Assembly (NCBI GenBank): GCA_015066935.1
Contig: SVNK01000010.1
Span: forward strand, 2,159-66,158
DNA from: Ruminococcus sp.
GTDB lineage: Bacteria; Bacillota; Clostridia; Oscillospirales; Ruminococcaceae
DNA length: 64,000 nucleotides
Direction: 5' to 3'
Shown: positions 18,962 to 28,482 of the stretch, piece by piece
Layout: the number at the start of each line of letters is the position of its first letter
Numbering within the stretch: position 1 is the first letter of the stretch
Program-made: the position numbers and the translations under genes
The notes under the pieces: generated by a model
Databases searched by the model: none
Told to the model about the DNA's origin: nothing
What the model saw: the letters and a program-made list of their open reading frames with translations, nothing else

Positions 18962-20365
18962 ATGGGAATATTTGCAAAAATTTCAGCAGGTCTGCGTAAG
19001 ACCAGAGATTCGTTTCTCAACAGACTGAAGCTTATTACAAACAAGTTTACAAAAATTGATGAGGAGCTTTTCGAAGAGCTTGAAGAAGCCATGATAATGA
19101 GCGACATCGGCGTTGAAACCTCAGTGGAGATATGTGAGCGTCTCCGTAAGAAAATAAAGGAGAGAGGCATTACCGACCCTGCTGAGATTATGGAGCTGAT
19201 ACAGGAAATTATCGGCGAAATGATGGGGGACGATACGGGTCTTGACCTTACTGCCACACCTGCGGTTATTATGGTAATCGGCGTAAACGGTGCAGGTAAG
19301 ACCACTACAATCGGAAAGCTCTGCTACCAGTTCAAAAACGAAGGCAAGAAGGTGATTGTTGCCGCAGCTGATACGTTCCGTGCGGCTGCTATCGACCAGC
19401 TTGAAGTCTGGACAGAGCGTGCAGGAGTTGACATTGTAAAGCACGCAGAAGGTTCTGACCCGGGTGCGGTTGTCTACGACGCACTTGAAGCCGCAAAGGC
19501 AAGAAACTGCGACGTTGTTATCATCGACACGGCAGGCCGACTCCATAACAAGAAGAATCTCATGGATGAGCTTGCGAAAATCAACAGAATCATCGACACG
19601 AAGGCAGGGGACTGCTCACGTGAGGTTCTGCTCGTTCTTGATGCAACAACGGGACAGAATGCCGTTAATCAGGCGAAGCTTTTCAGCGAGACAGCTCCGA
19701 TTTCGGGAATTGTCCTCACAAAGCTTGACGGTACCGCAAAGGGCGGAATCGTAATTTCAATCAAGAATGAACTCGGAATTCCTGTGAAGCTTATCGGTGT
19801 GGGAGAGAAGATTGACGATCTCCAGCCATTCGACAGCCGTTCATTTGTGGAGGCACTCTTCGGCGACATCGAAACAGGTACTGCTGATGATGAGGAGACT
19901 GAGGTTTCTGAGGATTATGAGGATTACGATGAGACTGCCGAAGACTCTGAATACGATGACGAAGCAGATTCAGAGGACGTAGAATCCGATACAGATGACG
20001 ATTCTGAGGAAGGTGAGTCTGATGTGGATGATGCAGATGCCGATGCCGAAGCTGACAGCGAGTCTGATAGCGAGACCTATGATGAGCCCGAGTACGACGA
20101 TACTCCCGCAGCAGATGATGAAGATGAAGCAGAGGATTCCGATGACGAGGATGATGAATCCGACGGCGAAGATGATGAGTCTGACGACGATGAGGATGAA
20201 GATGACGACTCCGACGACGATGAGGACGAGGATGATGACTCCGAAGATGAAGATGATTCTGACGATGAGGACTCTGATGACGAAAAGGCAGAAGAGGAAG
20301 AAAAGCCTAAGAAGAAGGGCTTCTTCAAGAGACTGTTCGGCAGAAAGGACAAGGATGATGAGTAA
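18962..20365 (+). CDS. ftsY: Signal recognition particle receptor FtsY with an unusual C-terminal poly-acidic extension
   Basis: The NG domain is present ([29 protein letters not shown]). About 150 aa of D/E-rich tail follow, ending [18 protein letters not shown]. Confidence 0.9.
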   Translation: MGIFAKISAGLRKTRDSFLNRLKLITNKFTKIDEELFEELEEAMIMSDIGVETSVEICERLRKKIKERGITDPAEIMELIQEIIGEMMGDDTGLDLTATPAVIMVIGVNGAGKTTTIGKLCYQFKNEGKKVIVAAADTFRAAAIDQLEVWTERAGVDIVKHAEGSDPGAVVYDALEAAKARNCDVVIIDTAGRLHNKKNLMDELAKINRIIDTKAGDCSREVLLVLDATTGQNAVNQAKLFSETAPISGIVLTKLDGTAKGGIVISIKNELGIPVKLIGVGEKIDDLQPFDSRSFVEALFGDIETGTADDEETEVSEDYEDYDETAEDSEYDDEADSEDVESDTDDDSEEGESDVDDADADAEADSESDSETYDEPEYDDTPAADDEDEAEDSDDEDDESDGEDDESDDDEDEDDDSDDDEDEDDDSEDEDDSDDEDSDDEKAEEEEKPKKKGFFKRLFGRKDKDDE

Positions 20366-20957
20366 GCTGGTAATGGCTACGAATAATGCCAATAAGCTCC
20401 GTGAGGCGAAGGAAATTCTTTCGCCGCTCGGAATAGAGGTTCTGTCGCTTGCCGATATAGATATTGACTGCGATCCTGATGAAAACGGTGCCACATTTGC
20501 TGAAAATGCAGAAATAAAGGCAGAAGCGGTCTATAATGCGATTGCGGACAAGTACGGTAATAACATGGCTGTATTTGCTGATGACAGCGGACTTTGTGTT
20601 GACGCTCTCGGAGGCAGACCGGGTGTGCACTCAGCAAGATATGCTCCAAAGGGACAGGAATGTGCAAGACTGCTTGACGAGCTTACGGGTGTTCCCGACG
20701 AAAAACGCACGGCACGTTTTGTGTGTTCGATAGTATTTCTTGATAAGACAGGACAGACATATGAAGTGAAAGGTACCTGCGAGGGAATGATTGGTCATGA
20801 GGAGCGCGGAACAAACGGATTCGGCTACGACCCTGTGTTTGTCGTTGGAAACAAGACAATGGCAGAGATGACATCAGATGAAAAAAATGCGGTAAGTCAC
20901 AGAGGAGCAGCAATGAACAGACTGTACAGGCTGCTTGAAGGAAAGGTGAATGAATAA
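20355..20957 (+). CDS. rdgB: dITP/XTP pyrophosphatase (RdgB/HAM1)
   Basis: The protein reads [21 protein letters not shown].. and contains FGYDPVF and SHRG. The upstream part of listed ORF 19995.. is an out-of-frame reading of the ftsY acidic tract. Confidence 0.85.
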   Translation: MMSKLVMATNNANKLREAKEILSPLGIEVLSLADIDIDCDPDENGATFAENAEIKAEAVYNAIADKYGNNMAVFADDSGLCVDALGGRPGVHSARYAPKGQECARLLDELTGVPDEKRTARFVCSIVFLDKTGQTYEVKGTCEGMIGHEERGTNGFGYDPVFVVGNKTMAEMTSDEKNAVSHRGAAMNRLYRLLEGKVNE

Positions 20958-21259
20958 TGCTTACAAGTAAACAGAGAGCGTACCTCAGAGGAATCGCTTC
21001 AACATACGAGACTATATTTCAGGTAGGAAAAGGCGGAGTTTCCGAAGCTATGTGCAAGGATATAGGAGAGGCGCTCCGCAAGAGAGAACTTATCAAACTC
21101 AGGGTTCTTGAGAATTCGGGTTGGACAGCACGTGAAGCTGCCGAAGCTATTGCTGAACAGACGGGTTCTGAGGTAGTGCAGGTTATCGGAAGCAAGTTTG
21201 TGCTTTTCAAGCGTAATCCCAAGGAGCCTGTAATCGAGAATATTCCGAAGGCAAAGTAA
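20957..21259 (+). CDS. yhbY: YhbY/CRS1 family RNA-binding protein
   Basis: LTSKQRAYLRGIA..FQVGKGGVS..ELIKLRV. Confidence 0.85.
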   Translation: MLTSKQRAYLRGIASTYETIFQVGKGGVSEAMCKDIGEALRKRELIKLRVLENSGWTAREAAEAIAEQTGSEVVQVIGSKFVLFKRNPKEPVIENIPKAK

Positions 21260-21275
21260 TCAGGGGAGACATAAA

Positions 21276-21872
21276 ATGCGTATCGGAATTTTCGGAGGAA
21301 GCTTCAATCCCGTACACAATGGACATATCCACCTTGCAGAAACAGCAAAAAAGGATTTCGGACTTGACATGGTATATTTTGTACCATCGAAGATTTCGCC
21401 TCACCGTTCAAGTTCGGAGTATGTTCCGGGCGAGGACAGACTGGCGATGCTTCGTCTTGCATGCAGCGGACGTGATGGACTTGAAGTAAGCGGTTATGAG
21501 CTGAGCAATGAGCGTGTGAGCTATACGATTTACACCATTGAGCATTTTCGCAGACGATTCCCCGATGATGAGCTGTTTCTTCTTGTCGGAAGTGATATGC
21601 TGCTCTGTTTTGACAGCTGGTACCGCTATGAGGAGATTCTTGCAGAGGCTTCATTGTGTGTTGTCTCAAGAAACGACGGCGACAGCGGAGTGCTGGAGAA
21701 AAAAGCTGAGGAACTGCGTAAATACGGCAGAATTCTCATCAGCAGTTCGTCACCAGAGGTTATGTCGTCTTCCATGATACGAAAAAAAATTGCAAAAAAT
21801 GAGAATTATGCTTGCTATCTTGACAAAAATGTAGTACAATATATAAAGCTGAAAGGTTTATATTCTGTATGA
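21276..21872 (+). CDS. nadD: Nicotinate-nucleotide adenylyltransferase
   Basis: GIFGGSFNPVHNGH and a C-terminal SSSMIR motif. Confidence 0.9.
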   Translation: MRIGIFGGSFNPVHNGHIHLAETAKKDFGLDMVYFVPSKISPHRSSSEYVPGEDRLAMLRLACSGRDGLEVSGYELSNERVSYTIYTIEHFRRRFPDDELFLLVGSDMLLCFDSWYRYEEILAEASLCVVSRNDGDSGVLEKKAEELRKYGRILISSSSPEVMSSSMIRKKIAKNENYACYLDKNVVQYIKLKGLYSV

Positions 21873-21883
21873 GGTGAAGAAAT

Positions 21884-22495
21884 TTGCTTTATAATGCCGA
21901 TGAAAAAAAGAAATATCTGAAAAAAATTCTTTCTGCAAAACGTTACAGTCATTCGCTTAATGTGGCAGCGGAGTGCAGGAAGCTTGCAATAAAATACGGT
22001 GAAGATTCCGATAAGGCATATTTTGCCGGACTCCTTCACGACATCTGTAAGGAACTTTCCGATGAGGAACAGCTTGAACTTGTGAAAAGAAGTACATTTA
22101 CGGTCTGCCGTGAAGAGCTTGAAACACGTTCTCTCTGGCACGCTGTTGCCGGAGCATACTATATCAAGACTGAGTTCGGTATTGAGGACATTGATCTGCT
22201 CAATTCCGTAAGATTCCATACTGTCGGCAGGGCAGGGATGTCACGGCTTGAAGAAATCGTATATCTCGGTGATCTCGTGTCGGCTGACAGGGATTACAAG
22301 GATGTTGACAAAATGAGAAAGCTTGCGTATTCGGATCTGAATTCAGCGATGCTTGAAGCACTGGCATTTTCCATGAAATCGGTTATCAAAAAGGGTGGAC
22401 TTATTCCTCTTTGTACAGCCGAGGGTTATAATTTCTATACACGACTTGTTGGGGAAGAGAAAAACGGGGCAAATGCGAAAAGAGGACTTAAATGA
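21884..22495 (+). CDS. yqeK: HD-domain phosphohydrolase YqeK
   Basis: An HD motif (GLLHDICK) is present and the gene sits after nadD. It uses a TTG start. Confidence 0.8.
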   Translation: MLYNADEKKKYLKKILSAKRYSHSLNVAAECRKLAIKYGEDSDKAYFAGLLHDICKELSDEEQLELVKRSTFTVCREELETRSLWHAVAGAYYIKTEFGIEDIDLLNSVRFHTVGRAGMSRLEEIVYLGDLVSADRDYKDVDKMRKLAYSDLNSAMLEALAFSMKSVIKKGGLIPLCTAEGYNFYTRLVGEEKNGANAKRGLK

Positions 22496-23922
22496 ACAGC
22501 GAAGAGATAAAAGAAACGAACAGCAATACGGAGCAGAAGCAGTCCCCGAAGCCTCTGAAAAAGCTTGTAAGGGTAAACAAGGCTGTACCTGCAAATAATA
22601 GTGAATATCAGGGTGGGCATGAAGCTCCGCAATATGAAAATCCTCCTGTTGTGACTCCGCGTGAGACTCAGGACGGAGAATACCACGGTCGATATGAGGC
22701 TGAATCTGTTAAGACGAAAAAGAATCCGAAGCGTGAGTGGCAGGACGTTCTCGTTAAGGCTATGTCAATAATACTCAGTCTTGCGGTCATCATCATACTG
22801 ATTCTGACGCTTCCGATTGTTAATTTCAAAGAGAAGGACGGCTCTTCAAGAGGAGTCTCACTCATATACTTCATCCGTAATTACAAGTGGCTCGGAGATA
22901 TCGAGGGCGAGCTTGACAAGAGCAAGGTCGATGTTCAGCTGAATCCTGATATCGACCACGAAAATCTTAATGACGGTCTTGACCTGCCCCAGCTTATTGA
23001 AGGACAGTATTCCGTTCTGTTCCTTGGATTTGATGAGGAGGTCATCAATACAGACATCATGTGGGTATTACAGTTTGATATTCTGGCAGCAAAGCTGAAT
23101 ATCCTGCAGATTCCCCGTGACACGTGTCTGCCCGATTATACCAATGCTCCCAACGGCAAATTCAACAGCATCTATCATAACGGCAAGGACAGCTCTGTGC
23201 CGAAGATACAGAACGTAGTTGATGCCGTTCAGGAGAACTTCGGAATCCCGATTGACGCCTACATTACAACAGCCTGCTATGACATTGTGGATATGGTTGA
23301 CCTTGTTGGCGGAATCCCGATGCACCTTGATAACAAGATTATTTACGAAGCAGGAAAGGTTATTCCTGCGGGAGACGTTACTCTCACAGGTGAGCAGGCG
23401 GAATGGTTCATGCGTTTCCGTCACGAGTGGCTTCAGGGCGACGTTGGACGTGTCCAGAATCAGCGACGCTTTATGGCTGCCGCAATGAGAAAGCTCATCA
23501 ATATCGCAGGCGGTGAGGACGGTCACAATCAGCTTTATAAGTATATCAAGGAGATATACGATAACAAGTGGCTTGCTACCGACATGACCATAAACGACCT
23601 TACAAAGCTTGCGGATTTTGCAGGAACGCTTTCAATGGAGAATGTACTTGTAAACATGGTGCCCGGTGAAGAATCCGACCCTGTAAAATACAACGATAAT
23701 CTTGTGTATTCCGTACACAAGAATGAGACAATAGCAATGCTCAACAAGTACTTCCGTCCCTATCAGAGACCGATGACGACACGTGATACGGCGATAGTGG
23801 AATTCATCACAAATCACAAGCATAATGTATTTGATGATACCTCTGCAACCTTCAATGACCTTGAGAATTCTACGGAACCGATGCGTGACCCGAATAAGGC
23901 TCCCGAATGGACGGATGAATAA
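22492..23922 (+). CDS. LytR-CpsA-Psr (LCP) family cell-wall polymer ligase
   Basis: It has an N-terminal cytoplasmic tail, one TM segment and an LCP core (NTDIMWVLQFD.. LQIPRDT). Confidence 0.75.
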   Translation: MNSEEIKETNSNTEQKQSPKPLKKLVRVNKAVPANNSEYQGGHEAPQYENPPVVTPRETQDGEYHGRYEAESVKTKKNPKREWQDVLVKAMSIILSLAVIIILILTLPIVNFKEKDGSSRGVSLIYFIRNYKWLGDIEGELDKSKVDVQLNPDIDHENLNDGLDLPQLIEGQYSVLFLGFDEEVINTDIMWVLQFDILAAKLNILQIPRDTCLPDYTNAPNGKFNSIYHNGKDSSVPKIQNVVDAVQENFGIPIDAYITTACYDIVDMVDLVGGIPMHLDNKIIYEAGKVIPAGDVTLTGEQAEWFMRFRHEWLQGDVGRVQNQRRFMAAAMRKLINIAGGEDGHNQLYKYIKEIYDNKWLATDMTINDLTKLADFAGTLSMENVLVNMVPGEESDPVKYNDNLVYSVHKNETIAMLNKYFRPYQRPMTTRDTAIVEFITNHKHNVFDDTSATFNDLENSTEPMRDPNKAPEWTDE

Positions 23923-23932
23923 GGAGAAAAGT

Positions 23933-24292
23933 ATGAACGAAAAGGAAAAACTCGAACTTATAGTAAAGACTCTCGACCTTAAAAAAGGTGAGGATATACA
24001 GGCAATAAAAATAACCGACCTCACTATTCTTGCGGATTATTTTGTGATTGTAAACGGTACCAGCAATACTCACGCAAGAACACTTGCGGATGAAGTTGAA
24101 TTCGTTCTTTCACAGAAGGGAACCGAGCCTCTCAGACGTGAGGCTGATACGGGAAATACATGGATAATCCTCGATTACGGCGATATTATTGTTCACGTAT
24201 TCTATAAGGAAGCACGAAACTTCTACAAGCTTGAAACTCTCTGGGCGGACGGCGAGCAGATTGACGTAAGCGAACTTATTACGGAGGACTGA
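23933..24292 (+). CDS. rsfS: Ribosome silencing factor RsfS (iojap)
   Basis: ADYFVIVNGTSNTHARTLADEV.. WIILDYGDIIVHVF. Confidence 0.9.
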   Translation: MNEKEKLELIVKTLDLKKGEDIQAIKITDLTILADYFVIVNGTSNTHARTLADEVEFVLSQKGTEPLRREADTGNTWIILDYGDIIVHVFYKEARNFYKLETLWADGEQIDVSELITED

Positions 24293-24293
24293 A

Positions 24294-24644
24294 ATGAATA
24301 CCAACAATGAAACAGGCAGAAAGATATGTGTCGGCATAGGGGCATATCTTATTGTGAAATGTGTGCTGAATATGATAATCGGCGGCGGACTCGATATAAG
24401 CGGTCTGCTGATTGCAGCAGCGATGTTCTGTGCACTCTTGTCCGGCATAAAGTATGTCAATTATGTTGTGGCAGGAATTCTTGCGGTTATAGCACTGATT
24501 CATATGCCTGATAATATTTCAAATATCGGAAGCAACTGGATATATCTCGTTGAGGGCGTCATTGACATAGGCTGTGCCGTACTTCTGTGTGTTCAGTCAG
24601 ACGTGAAGGAGCACTTCACAAATACACTTAATATAAATAATTGA
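24294..24644 (+). CDS. Small integral membrane protein, unknown function
   Basis: 116 aa with 3-4 hydrophobic segments, packed between rsfS and leuS. Confidence 0.5.
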   Translation: MNTNNETGRKICVGIGAYLIVKCVLNMIIGGGLDISGLLIAAAMFCALLSGIKYVNYVVAGILAVIALIHMPDNISNIGSNWIYLVEGVIDIGCAVLLCVQSDVKEHFTNTLNINN

Positions 24645-24661
24645 TTAAAGGAATGATATAA

Positions 24662-27100
24662 ATGAGCAGATACGATTTCTCCGCCATTGAAAAGAAGTGG
24701 CAGAAATACTGGGAAGAAAACGAAACCTTCAAGACCGATGTGTGGGACTTCAGCAAGCCTAAGTTCTATGCACTCGATATGTTTCCGTATCCTTCGGGAG
24801 TAGGTCTCCATGCAGGTCACCCCGAGGGCTATACAGCTACCGACATCGTTTCACGTATGAAGCGTATGCAGGGTTATAACGTGCTTCACCCCATGGGCTA
24901 CGACTCATTCGGACTTCCCGCAGAGCAGTATGCCGTTACAACGGGAAATCATCCCAATGGCTTCACACAGGAGAATATCAAGACTTTTTCAAAGCAGCTC
25001 AAGGAGCTTGGCTTTGATTATGACTGGTCGAAGATGATCGCAACTTCCGACCCTGAGTTCTACAAGTGGACACAGTGGATCTTCAAGCAGCTCTATGAGG
25101 ACGGCTATGCAAAGTACATTGATATGCCAGTAAACTGGTGCGAGGAGCTTGGTACAGTTCTTTCCAACGATGAGGTCATCGATGGAAAGTCTGAGAGAGG
25201 CGGCTTCCCCGTAGTGAGAAAGAATATGAAGCAGTGGGTAATCGACCAGCCTGCGTTTGCCGAGAAGCTCCTTGAGGGACTTGATGAAATCGACTGGCCT
25301 GAGTCCACAAAGGCAATCCAGCGCAACTGGATTGGAAAGTCAACGGGCGTAGAGGTTGAATTTGACATTGTGGGCGGAGGAAAGTTCTCCATCTTCACAA
25401 CCTGTATCGAGACAATTTACGGTATAACATTCATGGTTCTTGCTCCCGACGGTGCAGTAACAGAAAGTCTTCTTGACAGAGTACAGAACAGAGAAGAGGT
25501 TCAGGCTTACATCGACGAGACAAAGAAAAAGAATGATATGGACCGTACTGAGCTCAATAAGACAAAATCCGGCTGTGAGCTGAAGGGTGTAACATGTATC
25601 AACCCTGTAAACGGCAAGGAAGTAAGAATGTTTATCGGTGATTTCGTTCTTGCAAGCTACGGAACAGGTGCTGTAATGGCGGTTCCCAGCCACGACCAGA
25701 GAGACTTTGAGTATGCAATTGCACATAATATCGACATGATTCAGGTTATTGACGGTGACGAAAAGCTTGGTCACGTTGATGTTTCAGAGGCTGCTTTTGA
25801 GAAGCAGGGATACCTCGGCAAGGGCTACAAGCTCATTAATTCCGAGGAATTCACAGGACTTACCGTTGAGGAAGCCAAGGAAGCAATCACAAAGAAGCTT
25901 GAAGAAATGGGCAGAGCAAAGCGAACTGTCAACTATCATTTCCGTGAGTGGATATTCGCACGTCAGCGTTACTGGGGCGAGCCTGTTCCTGTTGTTCACG
26001 GCGAGGACGGACAGATCCATTCTCTTGACGACAGCGAGCTCCCTCTCATTCTCCCCGAGCTTGACGACTATAAGGGCAAGAACGGCAAGGCTCCGCTTGA
26101 AAATGCGACAGACTGGAAACAGTATGACAACAACGGCATCAAGGGACTCCGTGAGACTTCAACAATGCCCGGAAGTGCAGGTTCAAGCTGGTACTATTTC
26201 AGATATATCGACCCCAATAACGATAAAGAATTTGCAAATCAGGAGCTTCTGAAGCACTGGATGCCTGTTGACCTTTACATAGGCGGTCCGGAGCACGCTG
26301 TCGGACACCTTATGTATTCAAGAATCTGGAACAGATACCTTTATGATAAGGGCCTTGCTCCCACAAAGGAGCCGTTCAAGAAGCTTGTTCATCAGGGAAT
26401 GATTCTTGGTGAGAACGGCATCAAAATGGGTAAGCGTTTCCCTGAATTCGTAGTAAATCCCTCAGACATCGTAAGAGATTACGGTGCAGACACACTCCGT
26501 CTTTATGAAATGTTCATGGGACCTCTTGAGGTGAGCAAGCCCTGGAGCAAGAATGGTGTTGAGGGTGCAAGAAAATTCGTCAACAGAGTGTGGAACTTCT
26601 TCACTGAGTCGGAAAACATTACCGACGACAACGACGGAAGTCTTACAAAGGTTTACCACAAGACTGTCAAGAAAGTTACCGACGATTTCGAGAAGCTTGC
26701 GTTCAACACAGCTATCAGCCAGATGATGATATTTGTGAACGAGGTTTACAGAATCGGCAAGTGTCCCAAGGAGTACGCTGAGGGACTCATAAAGATGCTT
26801 TCATGTATTACGCCTCATATGGGTGAAGAAATCTGGAGCATTCTCGGTCATGACGATACAATCGCATTTGAAAGCTGGCCGACATACGATGAAGCTCAGC
26901 TTGTTGAGGATACGATTGAAATTGTCGTACAGATCAATGGTAAGATCAAGGCAAAGCTTAATATTGTTCCGGATAGTGCACAGGATGAGGTTCTTGCAAT
27001 GGCGTTTGCAAACGAGAGAGTCAAGGAAGCTGTTGAAGGAAAGAATATCATCAAGCAGATATATGTACCAAATAAACTTGTTAATATTGTTGCAAAGTAA
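24662..27100 (+). CDS. leuS: Leucyl-tRNA synthetase
   Basis: 812 aa with a HIGH-type motif (HAGHPEGY) and typical LeuS N-terminal and C-terminal sequences. Confidence 0.95.
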   Translation: MSRYDFSAIEKKWQKYWEENETFKTDVWDFSKPKFYALDMFPYPSGVGLHAGHPEGYTATDIVSRMKRMQGYNVLHPMGYDSFGLPAEQYAVTTGNHPNGFTQENIKTFSKQLKELGFDYDWSKMIATSDPEFYKWTQWIFKQLYEDGYAKYIDMPVNWCEELGTVLSNDEVIDGKSERGGFPVVRKNMKQWVIDQPAFAEKLLEGLDEIDWPESTKAIQRNWIGKSTGVEVEFDIVGGGKFSIFTTCIETIYGITFMVLAPDGAVTESLLDRVQNREEVQAYIDETKKKNDMDRTELNKTKSGCELKGVTCINPVNGKEVRMFIGDFVLASYGTGAVMAVPSHDQRDFEYAIAHNIDMIQVIDGDEKLGHVDVSEAAFEKQGYLGKGYKLINSEEFTGLTVEEAKEAITKKLEEMGRAKRTVNYHFREWIFARQRYWGEPVPVVHGEDGQIHSLDDSELPLILPELDDYKGKNGKAPLENATDWKQYDNNGIKGLRETSTMPGSAGSSWYYFRYIDPNNDKEFANQELLKHWMPVDLYIGGPEHAVGHLMYSRIWNRYLYDKGLAPTKEPFKKLVHQGMILGENGIKMGKRFPEFVVNPSDIVRDYGADTLRLYEMFMGPLEVSKPWSKNGVEGARKFVNRVWNFFTESENITDDNDGSLTKVYHKTVKKVTDDFEKLAFNTAISQMMIFVNEVYRIGKCPKEYAEGLIKMLSCITPHMGEEIWSILGHDDTIAFESWPTYDEAQLVEDTIEIVVQINGKIKAKLNIVPDSAQDEVLAMAFANERVKEAVEGKNIIKQIYVPNKLVNIVAK

Positions 27101-27127
27101 CGAATTTTTTACGCAGATAAAAAAAGC

Positions 27128-27156
27128 TTGACATTATATCTGTTCTGTGGTAAAAT
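27128..27156 (+). promoter_or_regulatory. Sigma-A promoter (extended -10) upstream of rpsU
   Basis: TTGACA, 17-nt spacer ending in TGg, TAAAAT. Confidence 0.65.
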
Positions 27157-27274
27157 ATTATTATATTCACTTTAAAAAAGCATTTTCAGGGATAGTTGAC
27201 TGACACTCATCAAGAGTGATTGGTATAGATGTCCGGTAAATTCCGGCCAACCTCTGAATAAGGGAGGGAAAATC

Positions 27275-27449
27275 AGTGGCAGAAGTTCGCGTAGGCAAAA
27301 ACGAGTCTTTAGACACAGCTCTTAAGAGATTTAAGAGATCATGTGCAAAGGACGGCGTTATCGCTGAGGTTCGTAAGAGAGAGCACTACGAAAAGCCTTC
27401 AGTAAAGCGTAAGAAGAAGTCTGAGGCAGCTCGTAAGCGCAAGTATTAA
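27275..27449 (+). CDS. rpsU: 30S ribosomal protein S21; as written it carries a 1-nt frame disruption in an A6 run (27296-27301)
   Basis: From the GTG the sequence reads VAEVRVGK. The +1 frame then reads [49 protein letters not shown]. The span is 175 nt, which is not a multiple of 3. Confidence 0.75.
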
Positions 27450-27473
27450 TCTTACGAAAAAATAAGAGTTGAT

Positions 27474-27498
27474 AAAGGCGGACTTCGGTCCGCTTTTT
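27474..27498 (+). terminator. Intrinsic terminator after rpsU
   Basis: Hairpin aaaggcggac-ttcg-gtccgcttttt. Confidence 0.8.
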
Positions 27499-27524
27499 CA
27501 TTTATACAGATAAGGAGAGAAAGT

Positions 27525-28031
27525 GTGCTTTTCAGAATAACTGCCGCCTTTGAGCGTGTGACCGACATAACAACGCAGTTTCTTGCGGAAAATGGGGTAA
27601 AGGGGCTGATTCTCGACCTTGATAATACCCTTACAACCCACGATAATCCCGTTCCTGCGGAGGGCGTTCTTGACTGGCTTGACTGCATGAAAAAGAGTGG
27701 GATCAGACTTATGATAGTCTCAAACAATCATGCTCCGAGAGTCACTCCGTTTGCGGAAATGCTCGGACTTCCGTTTGTGAGCGAGGGAGCTAAGCCTCTG
27801 ACGAAGGGCTTCAAAGAAGCTGTAAAAAAAATGGGACTTACCAAAGATGATGTTGCGGCTGTCGGAGACCAGATTTATACCGATGTTCTCGGAGCGAACC
27901 TGTTCCGCATAAAGATGCTCTACGTGAAGCCGATAGAGCACGAGAAAACCACTTTTTTCAAGGTGAAGCGTAAGTGCGAAAAACCGTTCCTTCCGAAAGA
28001 ATTTATAAAGAATAAGCAATCCATTGCATGA
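27525..28031 (+). CDS. yqeG: YqeG-family HAD phosphatase
   Basis: LILDLDNTL motif, SNN motif, GDQIYTDV. Confidence 0.8.
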   Translation: MLFRITAAFERVTDITTQFLAENGVKGLILDLDNTLTTHDNPVPAEGVLDWLDCMKKSGIRLMIVSNNHAPRVTPFAEMLGLPFVSEGAKPLTKGFKEAVKKMGLTKDDVAAVGDQIYTDVLGANLFRIKMLYVKPIEHEKTTFFKVKRKCEKPFLPKEFIKNKQSIA

Positions 28032-28043
28032 AAGGTGAGCAAT

Positions 28044-28472
28044 ATGAAAAAAATACTTGTAATACACGGACCGAATCTCAATCTTGTGGGCGAGCGTGAG
28101 CCGGGAGTCTACGGCAGCGAATCATATGATACGCTCAACAGCAATATAATTGACCGTGCAAAGAGCCTTGGAATCGAGTGCGAGATTTTCCAGTCAAATC
28201 ACGAGGGAGCTATAATTGATAAGCTCCATGCCGCACGTAAGACTTTTGACGGTGTCGCAATCAATGCGGGAGCATATACTCATTACAGCTATGCGATTCG
28301 TGACGCAATTTCAGCTATAAAGATTCCGTGTGTTGAGGTGCATATCAGCAATGTTTTTGCAAGGGATGAGTTCCGCAGCACTTCTGTAATCGCACCTGTC
28401 TGCAAGGGCAGCATAAGCGGATTCGGATTTGCAAGCTACTATCTTGCGCTGCAGGCACTTGCTGAACTCTGA
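28044..28472 (+). CDS. aroQ: Type II 3-dehydroquinate dehydratase
   Basis: MKKILVIHGPNLNLVGEREPGVYG.. NAGAYTHYS.. HISN. Confidence 0.9.
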   Translation: MKKILVIHGPNLNLVGEREPGVYGSESYDTLNSNIIDRAKSLGIECEIFQSNHEGAIIDKLHAARKTFDGVAINAGAYTHYSYAIRDAISAIKIPCVEVHISNVFARDEFRSTSVIAPVCKGSISGFGFASYYLALQALAEL

Positions 28473-28482
28473 GGTGAGTGAT

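Noticed and set aside
19970-20494. Long antisense and alternative-frame ORFs across the ftsY acidic tract: 19970..20494-, 20077..20352-, and the first 360 nt of 19995..20957+.
   Set aside because: They are low-complexity translations (poly-S, poly-I/V, M/T/K repeats) of the GAT/GAA-rich repeat that encodes the FtsY D/E tail. They have no RBS and no independent coding signal. The true rdgB start is at about 20355.
24500-24661. An expected T-box leader upstream of leuS.
   Set aside because: Only 17 nt separate leuS from the preceding membrane-protein gene, and no specifier or T-box sequence is visible. leuS appears co-transcribed with the rsfS operon.
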